The position numbers and the translations under genes were made by a program. Under the pieces are notes generated by a model. The model saw only the letters and a list, made by a program, of their open reading frames with translations. It searched no databases and was not told where the DNA came from. A stretch of 64,000 nt of DNA from Azolla caroliniana (taxonomy: Eukaryota; Plantae; Polypodiophyta). Of the stretch, positions 48,001 to 62,805 are shown piece after piece; positions within the stretch are counted from its first letter, which is position 1, and the number at the start of each line of letters is the position of its first letter. The DNA is taken from contig JBHGNT010000016.1 in assembly GCA_043228905.1 (NCBI GenBank), positions 6,014,001 to 6,078,000 of the forward strand, in the 5' to 3' direction.

Positions 48001-50043
48001 GTTCGAAGGAAATTACGACGGGTCATACACAATCTCACCGTCTCGAGTGTTGGCCTTGGTCTAATGGGCTGCATGGGAAATAAGGTCCCTCTCTCTCTAT
48101 ATATGTATATATATTGTTTACTTGCATTTTTTCATTTATATTTTAGCTACTAAAGATTCCAATTTATTTAAATCTTTTTAAATTACATAATATTCACATG
48201 GATGTTATTAATATGCATGGTTTGTCTATGCCCATTTTATTCAATGTTAGCTAGTGAAGGCGTTAAATCAACCATGTTAATTCCATTGTCTCTAATATGT
48301 ATATTTGTTTTATATGCATTCCATCCATATAAGTAAGGTTTTTCACTTGACAAGCCCTTAGTAGCTAGATGTGAGGGTTCTAACTTTGTGAGGTCTATGG
48401 ATATAGGGCTCCATTTCGGTGAGTATGTTGCTTCATGATACCAGCTTCTGTTTTGTGTGCACTCATCTTACATCTGGAGACAAGGAAGGAGACGAGCTCC
48501 GGAGAAACGCTGATGTTGCCGAAATATTAAAGCGTACCCGATTTCCAGACTCCAAGGAAGCCGACACAAATGTTCCAAAAACCATTCGGGCTCATGAGTA
48601 TGTTAAAGTGTTTTTTTTTCTCTCTTCTTGTTCTTTCTTTTAGATTTGGATTTATGATAATATATGTGCACATAGGGTGGGTGTACCTTAATATATGCAT
48701 ACAGAGGAAATGTATTATGTAAACCAAAGGTTGAGAGTTCACTTCCTGCTCGCACCTATAGTTGTCACAATGCTAGGGGTGTATTGGTTTATCTTATCTA
48801 AGTTTTTAATGAGTTCTTTGCTTGGTCTTCCTTTTGGCTAGCGAGATAATTTGGCTCGGAGATCTCAACTATCGGCTCAACCTTTCAGACAATGATACAC
48901 GGTTTCTTGTAGCAAGAGAGGATTGGACGGCCCTCCTTCGGAAGGATCAGGCAAGTACTCACAGTCTCGTGTGTGTGTGTGTGTTTGTATGTATATTTGT
49001 ATATCGTGTGATATAACAGCCCATATTTACTTTAGTCTTTTGATTTATTATTAACTATTTATTTACTACATCAGCTCAAGAAGGAGATGCATGAGGGCCA
49101 TACATTTGATGGGTGGTGTGAAGGTCCGATAGATTTTCCCCCAACATACAAATACGAGCTTGATTCAAATTGCTACTATGGAGAAAACACAAAACCTGGA
49201 GACAAGCGTCGCACGCCAGCTTGGTAGACTTTTTGTTTTTGTTTAGTTTTTTTCTCCTTTTTAGTAGCCATTTGGCCACAATTTCTTTCTACTCAGATGT
49301 CTGAAGGAATGCATTGCTTTGCTAGAACTTGCTTAGTGCATATAAATCCATGTGTGCATACATGCATACACACATAGATAGACGCGTATATACATACATA
49401 CATACATACATACATACATACATACATACATACATACATACATACATGCAGGCATGCATTTCATATGCCCATTACACATATTCACATAAGTTCATTTGAG
49501 AGAGTCAAAGGAAGATAAATCTGAATTGTGTGCCGTCTAATCGAAGATTATAAATCTGGACTCAAGTGCATAGCTACGGTCTCCTTCATTTGGCCAACAA
49601 CATGAATTGATGGGTCTCCAAACAGTTGGGTCATGTGCATTTTATATGCTCGTAACAACTTTGTATTCTTTACATCCATGAAAGCCTTAGAATTCCATGG
49701 ATAGTTTCTAAAATCTGAAGAAGTATCAATATATCTCAAAATTTAATATCAAGTTCTGTTTGCTGTCGAAGAGGCCTTTTCAAACATTCTGGAAGTTTTG
49801 GCCAGGTGTGATCGCATATTATGGCATGGTAAAGGACTGAGGCAATTATCGTATGGTCGGGAGGAGGTTTTCCTGTCGGATCACCGGCCGGTTATGGCCG
49901 TCTTTGTAGCCGAGGTAGAAGTTTTCTCGGAAAAGAAATTCCGGAAGGTGTTGTCCCATAAGAATGCAAAGGTGGAGGTCGAAGAGCTTTTATATCAAGC
50001 ACAGAACCATCTCAATACTAGGCGAGTTCGCCGCCAAGAATAA
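45031..50043 (+). CDS. Type I inositol polyphosphate 5-phosphatase (CVP2/IP5P-like), multi-exon
   Basis: Exons: 45031-45060 ([10 protein letters not shown]); 45718-45859 ([14 protein letters not shown]); duplicated exons 46343/46397-46471, 46550-46627, 46715-46789, 46879-46966; 47064-47168 (GTWNVAG, ADIYVLG); 47409-48084 ([21 protein letters not shown]); 48407-48597 ([11 protein letters not shown]); 48842-48950 (WLGDLNYR); 49075-49223 (PPTYKY, RTPAW); 49806-50043 (CDRILW, SDHRPV). Confidence 0.95.
45900..46112. mobile_element. Small Mutator-like MITE candidate in intron 2 of the 5-phosphatase
   Basis: Left end GGGGATAACCTCTAAAATGCCAATGAGTTTT resembles the reverse complement of the right end, GGGGAAAACTCAGAAATGCCACTGATTTT. 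Flanking 9-mers TTCTTGATA / TTATTAGTA match at 6 of 9. Confidence 0.45.
49389..49447. repeat. (TACA)n microsatellite in an intron
   Basis: Directly visible. Confidence 0.95.
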
Positions 50044-53000
50044 TGACTTTGGATCCTATGTACCACAAAGAAGGTATGTGCTCTCATGCTTGTTTTTTTC
50101 AATATAAAATCTTATATTTCCTCCATCATAGAACAAAACAGATATATAACCTTGTAATGGAGTAGAGGATTGAATGGATACAAACATTAGGTTTTTTACC
50201 GATCTAAACTTTAGGTGAATCTTTTGGCGACAAGGTGGATCTTTCGGATTCTAGCAAAATCTAAGTGATCACTAAGGGACTACTACTACTACGCTCCAAT
50301 CCTAAGTGATTACAACCTCATATAGTATTAACAAGAAAGGCAAGTAGTTCTCAGATGTTAAAATGCATATACTTCACTCCTTTTAAAAGGTACATTGACT
50401 AACCTTGAGAAATTTTGTGCTGATTTTAGTGAATATGAAATTTGAAAATTTCGAAGCTGAAGAGACTGTATTATTTCCGCGGATTGAGACGACATAAAAA
50501 ACAAATACCCTCTAAAAAGAAAGCATCCGCCTTGCATCAATAGTTGTATCGATTGAAGTACAACAGGATGAGAGCTTGTTTGAAACGAACAAATTCTTTC
50601 CGACTTACAAAGAATAGGAAATTGAAATTTGTACCACCTTGTAACTATAATGCCCTCGTGATTCATACCAACATGAAGAAGACATAATCAAACTTCAAAG
50701 ACTCGAAAATTATTGTGCTAAGAATTTTGTTATTCAATATATTCTTGGAGCAATAAGTTCCCTCAATGATTCAATCAACACTCTCTTACACCATGCAAGT
50801 ACCATTTGTGAATCTATCATTAATTTGCCACATTAACCTTATTGGTTCTTTGCAATACCCATCATCCACCATTATGTATCACCCTTTCATTACATGGTTT
50901 AGATTTAGGCGAATAATTTTAGTGAAATTCATCATTGCCCCTCTTGTATTTGAGGGAATCACTTCACCTACATTGGTAAATGACTTTTATCCTTGTACTC
51001 CAACTTGTAATGAAAGGTAATCACATTCTCTTAAGTACTAAGCAAAGGATAGGTTTGTACTCGAGCATAAATATCATAGAGAGAGTAATGAGAAATGAAG
51101 TAATAACAAAGGAGTTGAATGTTTCATTGATAATGAAAAAAATCATGTCGTGTAAAAAATGGTTAGAAATGTAATACATGTGCTTAAATGGAAATTAACG
51201 TTAGTAGAAAAAGACAAAAGGATCCTTGCTTGGGCTGGTGGGAGAGTTTCCCACCTATATGTCCTAAACACACACCTCTATAATAAATAATAGCAATTCT
51301 ATCCACACACGGAATGCCTTACCAAAGGGAAATAACGGTACTAGGAAATAATAGAGGGACCCTTGTGTAGGGTTGTTTGGGAGATTTTTCCACCTACTTA
51401 TTCTATTTATGCCGAATAACTGATAATGACATTTGGAGAATAGGACAATTCGTTGTTTAAGTCATTTGACAACATTTATATTCATGAAGTGTTGAAGCTA
51501 AAAACCATTGTATTCATTTGACAACATTTGTATTCATGCCCTATCTCTTCTTCCTCTTCCTTAAAACTAAATTTAGAGATGCGTGTTGCACATTTAAATG
51601 GTACAAAACATTGTAAGTTTGTCATGATACTAGTTAGCCCATGTCTGCTATCGTTATCCAACTAGACTAAAGAAAAGTTCAACATATTCCTTTCAAATAA
51701 GGCAACTTCACGAATTGTGACATACATTGTCATGACTCATATGCAAAAGAAAATTTCTTTGAGTTGGTCAACAAAAACCTTATAAGCCATTTATTCTAAC
51801 AAATAAAAAATAACGAATAGTTATGATATGGCATTCCCTAGAAATGTTGTGCACATGTTGTATGTATGAGGCAGATAGATAGATAGATAGTTAATTTTTA
51901 GCATCCATAGAGAGGCTAATATTGACCCACCGGACCTAAGTACAAAAGTTATCTCAATGGGTGTCTCCTTTGTAAGAAGGGATATTCATACTTTGATGCA
52001 CCCACTCTCGGTGTACGAATAAGGCATACACATATGAGCTCAACCTTCTAGGTGTTCTCTTGAGTATGATACTCAAGTCGTCACCCCCTCTTAATATATC
52101 ATCATAGCTTTCACGAATTGCACTATATGCAGAGCATGTAAAAAGCAAGTACTCTTGGAGAATCACATGCTTGATATTAGGTTTATTGGCCCATACCAAA
52201 AGAATCTGAGGTTGTGTGTACATTGCTTACTTTCAACAAATCAAAACATCTATTGTTCGAGTCTTTGAAGACGTAATGCGTGAAGTGGTGGATCAATAGC
52301 AAGAATATTGGATTTCGGTAGCTTGACCAAGAACAAATTGGTACCGCGACAAAAAGGAATCCAACGATGATTTTATCTTCTAGAATGAGTGGCCTACTGC
52401 ACCGAAAGGCTTTTATTTGTAGGCGAGATTCAAAGGATCACTAGGATGGGGTTTTGCCGTCGTACTAATTTGAAATGTTTTTATCACTTTATTGACTTTG
52501 ATAATGTTAGAATAAGACAACCATTTATAGCCCAAGGATTTGAAACTCATTTTTACACATCCACAACTTAATATTACTAGTATAAACTGATACTCAATTT
52601 GATTAATGAATTTCATTCCATGAATGTAAAACAATTTGAAGAATAGTTTGATGGTATTGACATCAACCTAGAATTCATGATATTCTGACTATTTTGTATG
52701 CATGAAAAATTTGTGCATTACCAATGTTCATGTCACATATATAAGATTCTTACTAAGTGGTTTCTTCTCATTGATGTCAAATTTCACGAACTAAATAATT
52801 TCATTTCCACATTTTTATGTTCATGTTAGAAAACATAGAAATGTGTTTTTACAACGGGAAGATGATCAGAATAACACCCTTTTTAAGTGTGTTTGCCGAG
52901 ATTCAGCACATTCTTTTTATATTTGAGACAATGCCACACGTTTTGCTTATAGATCTGGAAATGGAAGGGTAGAGCTCCCTAGCTAAATAATGTACTATTT

Positions 53001-55684
53001 CATGGAGTCAAGAATTGGGCACTACTTTGAGTAATGCAATTTTGGTTAATCAAGTTTGGTCAATGATGAAATAATATGATGCTAATTAATCAAGATCAAA
53101 CATATCAATAACTTCCCCTACTTAAGTAATGTGCCAATCATTAATGTGCCAATCATTAATGTGCATGGAGTAAGAATCATATTGCCACTTAAATAAGTGC
53201 CTTAATTAAGAAATGTTCTTAATGCAGATAAATTAGTAGTGCATTACTTATCGAGTGATTGAGCAAAAAGCAAAGTAGAAAATAGAAGAAAAAAACAATG
53301 CCAATTCTCATTTTGAAAAGTTTCGTTGTTTTCGTACGAAGGGGATTTTGGAGTTTTACTTCCTTTACACCTCTTTCATGGACAAGTGTGATGGGGAGAT
53401 CCAATTACCAATAGGATAATGGGAGCAATGATTGAGAATCTCCGAGCATTGAAACAAAGAAGTATATGCACACCAACGTATGCAAGATGTAGTCATAAAC
53501 TTGTTTTATGTTCATTTGTGTTTATCTTAGCTTTCCACCTATTAACATCTTGCACATATGATTGAAAAAATACGACATTCATGATGTCATTTTTGGTTGT
53601 TTATAAGGATTTGATATAAGTTATTGGTCTAGATAGATATGACTCATGAGCATAAAATATTGACTAGTTGAGTGCAATCCAAATATACATAAAATTAAAA
53701 TAGCGATGTGTATTAGGTTAATATAAATGTGACAACAAGGGGATCGCAATTGCTCAAGTATATTTCCATTCTACACTTCTAGTCTAAATTTGTTTGCATT
53801 TGTGTGGATCAAAATTGAAGGGTGTCCTCATTCATCTACAATACATATATATATGTCGTTGACATTGTTAGTTTCTTGTTTTTTCGTATGTGTTCAATGC
53901 CTCACTTTTCCAAGCATCCCAACCTCATGTCTTTTAATCAAAATTGTCCCTTACCTGTCATAATCGATTAACAAATCTACTTTTCCCATGTCAGCGACGA
54001 TTTCATTCAAACATTCCGGCTTTAGGGACTTTTTTGGGGGACATCACTTTCTTTGGAATGTATTATTCCACATTAGAGATAACGTTTTATGACTTTCAGG
54101 GGCAACAAATGTGTATATACATCATGTACATGCTCAAATATAGTTGAATGTGTTAAACTATATCTTTCAACATGAATGGCCTACACTCTATGAGTCAGAT
54201 ATTGGAAAAGTAAATGTGTTGTATTACAATTGCAAATGATTTTCATGAGATACTGGCATTGAAAGCAAGTTGCATGGTTCTTTTGGGAAAATCAATGTGT
54301 TGGAATAAAGCAAGGGAAAGGTATAACTATAAGAACACTTATTGTGGAGTGCAATTTTGTTGGTAGATTTCTTGTTTCCAACTATGAAATAAGCATATAT
54401 ACCCCGAAGTCACAAACTCATTAAAAGACACTCACTTCGAAACTATGTTGGAAACGAGAGCTCTTCTTTGGGCATCATAAAAGTGAGACAAGAAAAGAGA
54501 CAAAGTAGGGCACCTTTTTGACAAAAAGGAACGAGAATAGTTGTCACGCTTTATATTGTGTGGCTTTATCTAATAACCAGTCCTTTAAGTCTAGACGTAC
54601 TCTAAGATAACACTATCCAAATGTTACCTCACATTCATGGATCTACTGGTGCCACATAGATATATGATTTTTGAGTGTGAAAAAGAATACGAAAGAGATA
54701 CTCACCAAGTTCTGGTGCAAATTTTGGTTTCAAATAATACATAGGTGGATACATAACACTTTCCCGTTGGACACCCAAGTAGATCCAACATACTCGCCTT
54801 TACCACAACATTAAAGACCATCGCGAGAACTAGGACAAGTAATGCAACTATTCTATGTAAATCCATGAGGATATATGAAAATTCATCATTCAATGCCCTT
54901 GTCAACGATAAGAGTGTGCAAACCTCTTTGTTGGTAATCTTTATGTTTGCTCTTGTGATAAAATCAAAACGCATTCATCCTTGTTGGAACCCCATATATG
55001 AAGTGATATGTTCCCTACATGAAGTCTTTGAATGAAATAGTGTACAATACGAACTATATAAAACCCAATTTGTCAAACCCCATGGGTAACTATTCATCTA
55101 CCTCCTAATAAGAGGGGTATGATTGTAAATTTCGCTTAACGATGCCCACATGCAAGATAAACTAGATTATTTATTCTCATTAATGTGTTAGAGTAATAAT
55201 TGCATAAAATACATATAAAATATTGTCAAACTATGGACTAGAGATAAACATATGTGCATGTATTAGGCAAATCCGAAGATATATTTATTAGCATTGCCTA
55301 AGGGAGACAATGGTGGAAAGTGCCATTTGAAAAGCCATCTTTCATAAGAAGGTGCTTGCTTGAAGCAATGGAGACTATCCATGAGCTTGCAAAACCCATG
55401 GGGAGTTTTTGAGTTTACTTAGCATTTAGCATAACCCAAATAAAAGAATGTATGTGATATAAGCCAACATAAGATGGGATTGTGAAACCTTGTCGTAACA
55501 ATTACATAAATGGCAATGCCTTGGAAGGCATTGGATTAGTAAATTCACAAACTCTCCCAAAATATCAAAGTGTGTATGATATTTGAGCTTGGTATGGAGT
55601 TGAACTTTGACGCAAATTTGAAATAATTAAATGAATGCAACTATATTACTACTCAGCTCACCAACAACTTCTTGTTAAGTATTC

Positions 55685-56160
55685 AGATCATTTTCTTAGA
55701 GCTCAAAATAAGGGGAAAATGGACGAGAAATCTCATCAAGCGGATCAAGCATACAAAATAGTGGAAGTGACTAAGTTGTTATACTTATTGCCAATTGGTA
55801 TTGTGAAGCAACTAAAGTTGGAAGATGAAGTACACACATGATATCTTTCTGTGCCACGAATATCTAGAACTAGTGAAAAGGGGCCAACTAAGTGTGTTCT
55901 AATTTTTTACAACTATTTTAAACTATTGTTGCATAACTCTCTTTAGATCATTTTCTTAGAGCTCAAAATAAGGGGAAAATGGACGAGAAAGCTCATCAAG
56001 GGGATCAAGCATACAAAATATTGGAAGCGACTAAGTTGCTATACTTATTGGTATTGTGAAGCGAATAAAGTTGGAAGATGAAGTACACACATGATATCTT
56101 TCTATGCCACAAATATTTAGAACTAGTGAAAAGGGGCCAAATAAGTGTGTTCTAATTTTT
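55685..56160. repeat. ~220-bp direct duplication (period ~260 bp)
   Basis: AGATCATTTTCTTAGAGCTCAAAATAAGGGG...GTGTGTTCTAATTTTT at ~55685-55908 and ~55945-56160. Confidence 0.9.
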
Positions 56161-57441
56161 AAAATTCATCTATGAAGAAACCCACAGGAAGTTGTTTTAG
56201 CTGCGTCACTCCATACATTACGTTATTTGTAGTGAGTTAATGGATGGTTGTTGTACTCATGGAAGGATTTTCCTTGAGCTCAACCATAAACCCAAGAACA
56301 ACATTCACAAGAAGAAAGATTCATTAGGGGTCATTTTAAGAGGAAAAAATGGCCTATAAGACCAAACAAGAGACAACAATGCATAGGCCGAAACTTCTCT
56401 CAAAGAAATCAAACATTCTCACATAGAAGGGAGTAATTCAAAAGATGCTTGGCAATAACATTGGTCATAGTGTTCATGTTTTTGTAGATAATAAAGCAAC
56501 ACGCAATCTCATCAAATTTTGGCCACAAATTTGTAATGAGAGCAATTACCATCACCAAAGTGGTAGAAGGAAGTACATATCTTTGGAACAAATAAATTTT
56601 ATCCATTCCAATGAAATATACAAAGTTTTGATCCATTCCAATGAAAAGCTCTAGTTCTAAGAAATACTTTGTCACAAATAATTTGCCCAGGATTCCTTCG
56701 AAACAATGGGATCTGTGTAAACTCTCCACACAAAGAACAGAATAAATCAAAGTCGATGCAGTGCAAATTAATTTCTTATTCATCTTCTGAACTAGTTCAA
56801 TCAACACAGATAATAAATTGGTACTCAAACTCTTGTTTGAAATATGGACTAGTCAATTACCGCAACAAGATACACGCATCAAATGTCAATAATAGTCCCA
56901 ACTATACTCGACCACTGACTCAACTATTTGGAATGCAGTTTTTTTTTATTAGTTTGGCTTGAAATACTAGTCCCAACTGTACTCAGACCACTATTATCGC
57001 TTTGTAAATTTCACTTGGAAAAAAAGGAAATACACTTGCTGTATAGAGCAAAGCTAAAACACCATGAACCAAAATTTTTGGGGTCTACTTGCAAATGAAT
57101 TACAAACAAAATTCCAATAGGACTTATAAGCATGTGTACAAACTTTCAATCCTATTGTCTGCTGCTTCGCAAGTTTCCCAAAGAATATAATCATTCTAAT
57201 GAAGTGAGCATGGAGCAGCTCATACAGCAAGTGTAAGTATCCAAGCTGTTTGAATGCTCCCTTCATCATCGTATCTACTATTTTGACTGCCGGATTCATT
57301 CATGGTTGGCAGAAAATTACATTAGATACACCTGGTGGTTCAAACTGTCCATTGGATCCATTCATGATATGGATTTAGGATTGAATAATATGTGAAAGCA
57401 AGCCCATACAAGTTTTCATAGCTTGTTTCAGAGAGGTGCTT

Positions 57442-60400
57442 TTATACTTGAATGTTCTGTAGCAAATCAAATGATCCTGTTCCAACATCCACAACCTGTC
57501 CAAGTATTATTTTAGATGATGGCGATTCAAGATGATCCCACTGCTTTTTTAGGGTACTTTCCACCAGAAACTTTGTTGCAGTCTCGAAGCTCATCTTTAG
57601 AAACGGGGATGTATTAGACTCCATACCAATCCTATTACAAGGACGGAAACCACCACCATGGGTCATAAAATCAGCTATAAGGTTTAAATGTCGAATGTCC
57701 ACAGAAATACCATATGAGCTAAAAACATTCTTTATTTCTTCTACAATGGTAGCACGGGCTGCTTCAACACCATAGATCTCTAGAATAGATCCAATACTAT
57801 TTGTGGTGAGCTTATTCACATCTAGATCATCTCCCATCAACCATAGACCTTCATAGTTTATTCCTTCAGTTTGTAGAGCAGGTGTAGTTGCATCGCCTTT
57901 GTAATCAATCACTGAAACACGGTCAATTCCATTCACCGATCTCAATGTAACCTGCTTTGCAACTCTCTCAACAATCTGTCAAACATTTAGGCAAACTTCA
58001 ATGAATACAATGTCTGATAAGAATGTAACTGAACAAGGTAAGGTTGATCTTAATTACCTCTGAAAGAAGAACATGAGGTGTATTGTGTTTCACGGAGAGC
58101 CGCATTTGGAATGATGACCCATCAAACATGCTCTGAACTTTATTTATCGGAGTCTTTCCTTTATTCGATTCTTCAGATCCAATGGTCACCACCTTAACCT
58201 CAGATGTTTTTGAATGTTTCACCTTCGGGCTTTCCTCATTCTTACCCTCATCCTCACCCTCACCCTCACCCTCACTTTCATCTTGCATTGTATCATCACC
58301 TTCTAACTTATCTTCTGCTTCATCCTCATCTTCTTCTGCATCTTCATAAGCCCTTTCATCCGTCTCTTGAACCCTTCTTTTTTCAGCATCTGCACCCTCA
58401 TCTTCACCCCCCATATCATCATCATCTTCTGCTTGTTCACCAGATTCTAATTCCTTCTGTGTCTTCTTTCCCGATGGTTCATCATCATCATCTTTGCCTG
58501 GGTCCTCTGCAGCCTCACCCACCTGGGAGAGTGACAATACTTGGATGGCATCCTTAATCTTCTCACCAGATCGCGAAGAAATCGCTTTACCCATTTCCCT
58601 TGTAATCATGGGTACAAATTGGTGACGAAGAGCTCTTTCATACTCTTCCTTTTCCAAGTGAAGATATGAAGGATATCTATCACTTGTGTAAAAGAATAGC
58701 TTAATATTATATACTTTCCTCAACCTCTTCTCTTGTACAGAGAAAGGGATGACTCCAACCTCGAGCTTGTCTATGACATCAATCAGACGAATTTTTTGCA
58801 ATTTTCCTGCGAGCCGTTCTGCATCCTCTCTGAAGATTAAAAGTCAAATACAACTGTTATAAAATTTAGTTACGATACATTTTGACAGTGCAACAGTGCA
58901 GACACAAAGCATTCATCAAAACGGAACATTCATCATCACGAATTTTAAGGCGTGATACATTGGCATATAAAATGCCCCTCATGTTACCCCTGAATTTCTA
59001 GTATCTTCTTTAGTTTTTCAAAATAATATATCAGCAAAAAACACCATGCAAACTTCAACACCAAATACAATCCTCACAAGAGGTACCTATGATCTTTCAC
59101 CTGGTTTTCCCATGCCGGAGAGGACAAGTCATCACTGGTGTAGAGATTTTTCTTGCTGCAGTCATCAAAATTTCTCGTAAACGAGGAATTCCAAGAGTTA
59201 CATTCATTTCACCTCGCCCAGCAAAATGAAATGTGTTCAGCCTACAGATGAAAAAGAAAACCTCAATGAAAATGCTACATTAATCAAATTATTGATGAAA
59301 AAGTATAAGACTCCAAACATTTCATCAACTTACGTCATTTGTGTAGATGGTTCCCCAATGGACTGGGCAGCGAGAACACCAACGGGCTCACCAGGCTCAG
59401 CGCAGCTTGAAATGAAATTGAGCTTCATCAGCTCCTTAAACTCAGCGCGATCTTTATGCTTATGGAGACCTAGAGCTTTTTTTTTCTTTTTCGGCATTTT
59501 CTTTAGAAAATCTTTCAGCTGGCTATCAAAAGATTCCGAGACCATTTCAAAAGATGTTTCACTATCTTCCTTGTCTATTTTTTCAGTCTCTTCATTGATT
59601 CCAATCCTTTGCGATAAAAGAGCATGATTCTTGCAGGCAACGGATCACAGTTTCAAAAACAAGGAAAAACAAACAAACTGCTTGACATATACTTGAAGTT
59701 ACAAGATACATACAGCAGCCAGAACTTTGAATTTTGTAAGATAGTTTGTCTTCATAATATCAACTCCATCCTCCCCATACCGAAATTGAATGATCGATCC
59801 ATCTGAATCTCGCACAGAATAATCATAATGGACTCTTAAGCACTCCAGATTTTTTATAAGACATCTCTGTAAGTAGCCACTTCTTGATGTCTTTACAGCT
59901 GTATCCACCAGTCTACATATGACATCGTACCAAATAGGTATGAGAGCATGAATCGGACATGCAAACACTTTCATGCATGGCTCTATACATAAAGGTGACA
60001 TGAAATTCTTTTAAAAGGTTTCGATTATGGAGACCAACAAAAGGATGCTGACACGGTGACCTAGTGAAATTAACCTTACTGTATCCAACATAGGATAGCA
60101 TGCATGTATCAAATGTATTAATAGATATATCCAGTGCAGTGATTTCATGTTTTTTAATTTTTTTAGATTTTTTTATGAGTTTTTGCCTATATAGTAAATA
60201 ATAGCAATTATAAAAAAACGTTCTGATTTTCACAAGGGCAGAATGGGCACTTGGAAAACTATTTGTCCACATCATGCAGGCATTATCCTGTAGCTCTCTT
60301 CAAATTGATAGCATTTCTGAAGTTAATGGTATAGAGACATTCCAGTTTACAATGCCACACATTCCACAAATCAACAAATGAAAACAAAATAAAACAACAA

Positions 60401-62805
60401 ACAATAACGCATAGAGCCAAAACTGCACTCAATAAGACATTTTTATGCCATGATAAAAATCTACATGGCAATTATCTCCTCCCCTGTTTTTTGTAGAGAT
60501 ATAAACAATTAAAGATTCATACCATCTGATAAAGTCAAGCTTCATTTTTTAATTAAAAAAAGAAAACAATTTGCAACACATACCCATCTCGACCAGCCAT
60601 GCAGTGAAAATAATACTCTTGAGGGTGAAGACCCGTCAAAAACCTGTCACTGATGAAGCCACCAGCACGAGCAGCAGTATCCCAAGGAAGAAAACATGGA
60701 AGAGTTTTCCCAGAAACCATTCGAGGGACACGCTTTCCTTCTAGTTCTTGTTGCCCCAAAAGAGAAGAAATCTGAGTGAAATTAACCTAGATAGTAATAG
60801 TTTATGTCAGCAAAAGAGATTTCTTCAAAAGTGATGATACTAAAAGCCTGCTTCATTAAAACCTACCAATCCACCCTTTGCACCTGTTATTGTCATGAGG
60901 GACAAGCAATTATGAGGAAATGGCTTTGAAAGTCCATTGGGAAAAAGTGTGTTATTTACATCTGAAGTGACAACATTCATAGAACTGGACATCAATCTGT
61001 CCAAATATGCACTTGCAGGTGCACCTTTTGTTTGTATGATATTTTCTACTTGCAATTTCAATTCATCAGCACCTGAAACCAAATAAAGAACAAGACATCA
61101 CGCAAAATTTGAGCAAAACTTTCATGATGCAACATACAATTACTTATGGTGATTTTCACACTAGATGAATAGTAAAACGGATATAGTGCCATCCTACTTT
61201 GTATCCAGTTTCATTCAGTGTAACACATCTTCTACAAACAAAGGACATTTATAAGATTAACCAAATCCACACATCTGGATCTCAAACCCACCGCCCCATG
61301 GACATTGACTTATTGCAAGAGGAACAAAACTGCCAAACCTCTATATAGTGGGTTGTTTGTGAAAGGACATATTTCCAGACATGCTAGGAACAATAGTGGA
61401 AACAAAATCCTATGGAATTTCACGAGATTTCACAGAGTTGAATAGTAATATAAACACAAAGAAAATGTTAACATAGTTGTAATTGTTTAAAACATGAAGT
61501 CATGACATGAATCTCTCATAAAAGATACTTACAAACTGCTAAAAGTACAATTTAAATATTATTAGCAACTGTCATTTTCTCACAGTTGCAGATATTTCAT
61601 TCACCCCCTTTGCCCATGGTAGTAACATTTTATTTGGCTCTGAATAATGGGGATTATGGGTGTGACACAAAATAACCTTTGCACACCTCTCTATGATCCA
61701 GTTAAATAGAAGGGAAAACAAATTAATCCATTTTGGGGGTCTTGTTTTTACTTCCTCCACTTTTCAAAATGCTTCTATAGACTGGAATTCCAGTTCTCTT
61801 CTTTGGCTTCTTACTCACTCTACTATCATGATCATTTGTATACACACCATGGATAGCTTTCTAAACATAATTGAGGCAGGCGCACTATGTGCAAGCTATA
61901 TGTTATATGTAACTTCACTACAGTAACCTAGATTTTGCTCACATTTAGAAATAGCGAGAGAGAGTAAGCAAAGGCATTGTTCTTAGATCATACTTGGATC
62001 ATGATCACCATCTAAGCCAGCAAAACGCTTGTGAACCTTGAAACCCAATTCTGCAGATGCTGACAATTTGCAGTGCCTCTGCTTTTCAGCCTCTGGAATT
62101 AAAAGCAAATCTGCCAATCCACAAGTGAAGCCAAACATCTGCCACAAAAAATACAGTTTTATTCAGATAATTATCAAAAATCTGCATGTATGCTAAAGTA
62201 AAAGAACCCAGGGAATATAATCAAGTTTGGCTCACCTGCAGAAATGTAGTGAACAACCGACTTAAAACAGATAACAACTGCCCAGCAGCATCAGCTCCAT
62301 AGAACTCTTTAACCGCATGAACTAATCCATACTTTCCAAACTGTGCTTTGTCAATGACACCATGCAACAACTCATTCTTTTCGATTCGCAATTTTACTTC
62401 ACCATTATTGCGCCCCCAATACTCTCCAGACACTTTACCCGTGTTTTTAACCGTATAGGGTGGCCTCCCAGCTGTTACATGGTTTAATACTGCAGTGATA
62501 ACCTGAAATTTGAAGATGCAAAAATAATGATGCAGACATCCAAAAGCATACACACATCATGATTGTGCAAAGGGTGTGTTAGCCACCTGTTTTCCAGTCC
62601 AAAGAGGTTTTGGTTTTATGATTGCTGGTGGTAGAGTTTTTATAGCTTTCTCAGTTTTGATAATACCAATCTTTGGTTGACTTTGCCCCATCAGATATGT
62701 TGGTGGCATGGAGGAAATGCAGGCTGAATAAACAAGCTCTTGATATTCCTCTTTTGTCAAAAATGTGTCTTTCTTGGTTAACAATGTACCACTGACAATG
62801 TGATC
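57442..62805 (-). CDS. NRPA1: DNA-directed RNA polymerase I largest subunit, 3' portion (5' exons lie beyond the window)
   Basis: Exons 62805-62587, 62502-62236, 62138-61994, 61072-60867, 60786-60584, 59912-59714, 59629-59334, 59241-59101, 58829-58058, 57975-57442. Motifs: [100 protein letters not shown]. It has a long acidic insertion typical of Pol I and no Pol II CTD. Confidence 0.96.

Noticed and set aside
50100-57300. Short ORFs between the 5-phosphatase and NRPA1
   Set aside because: AT-rich, with no recognisable domains or consistent exon structure; probably old repeat debris.
58204-58557. His/Pro-rich 117-aa plus-strand ORF
   Set aside because: It is the antisense shadow of the acidic NRPA1 insertion.
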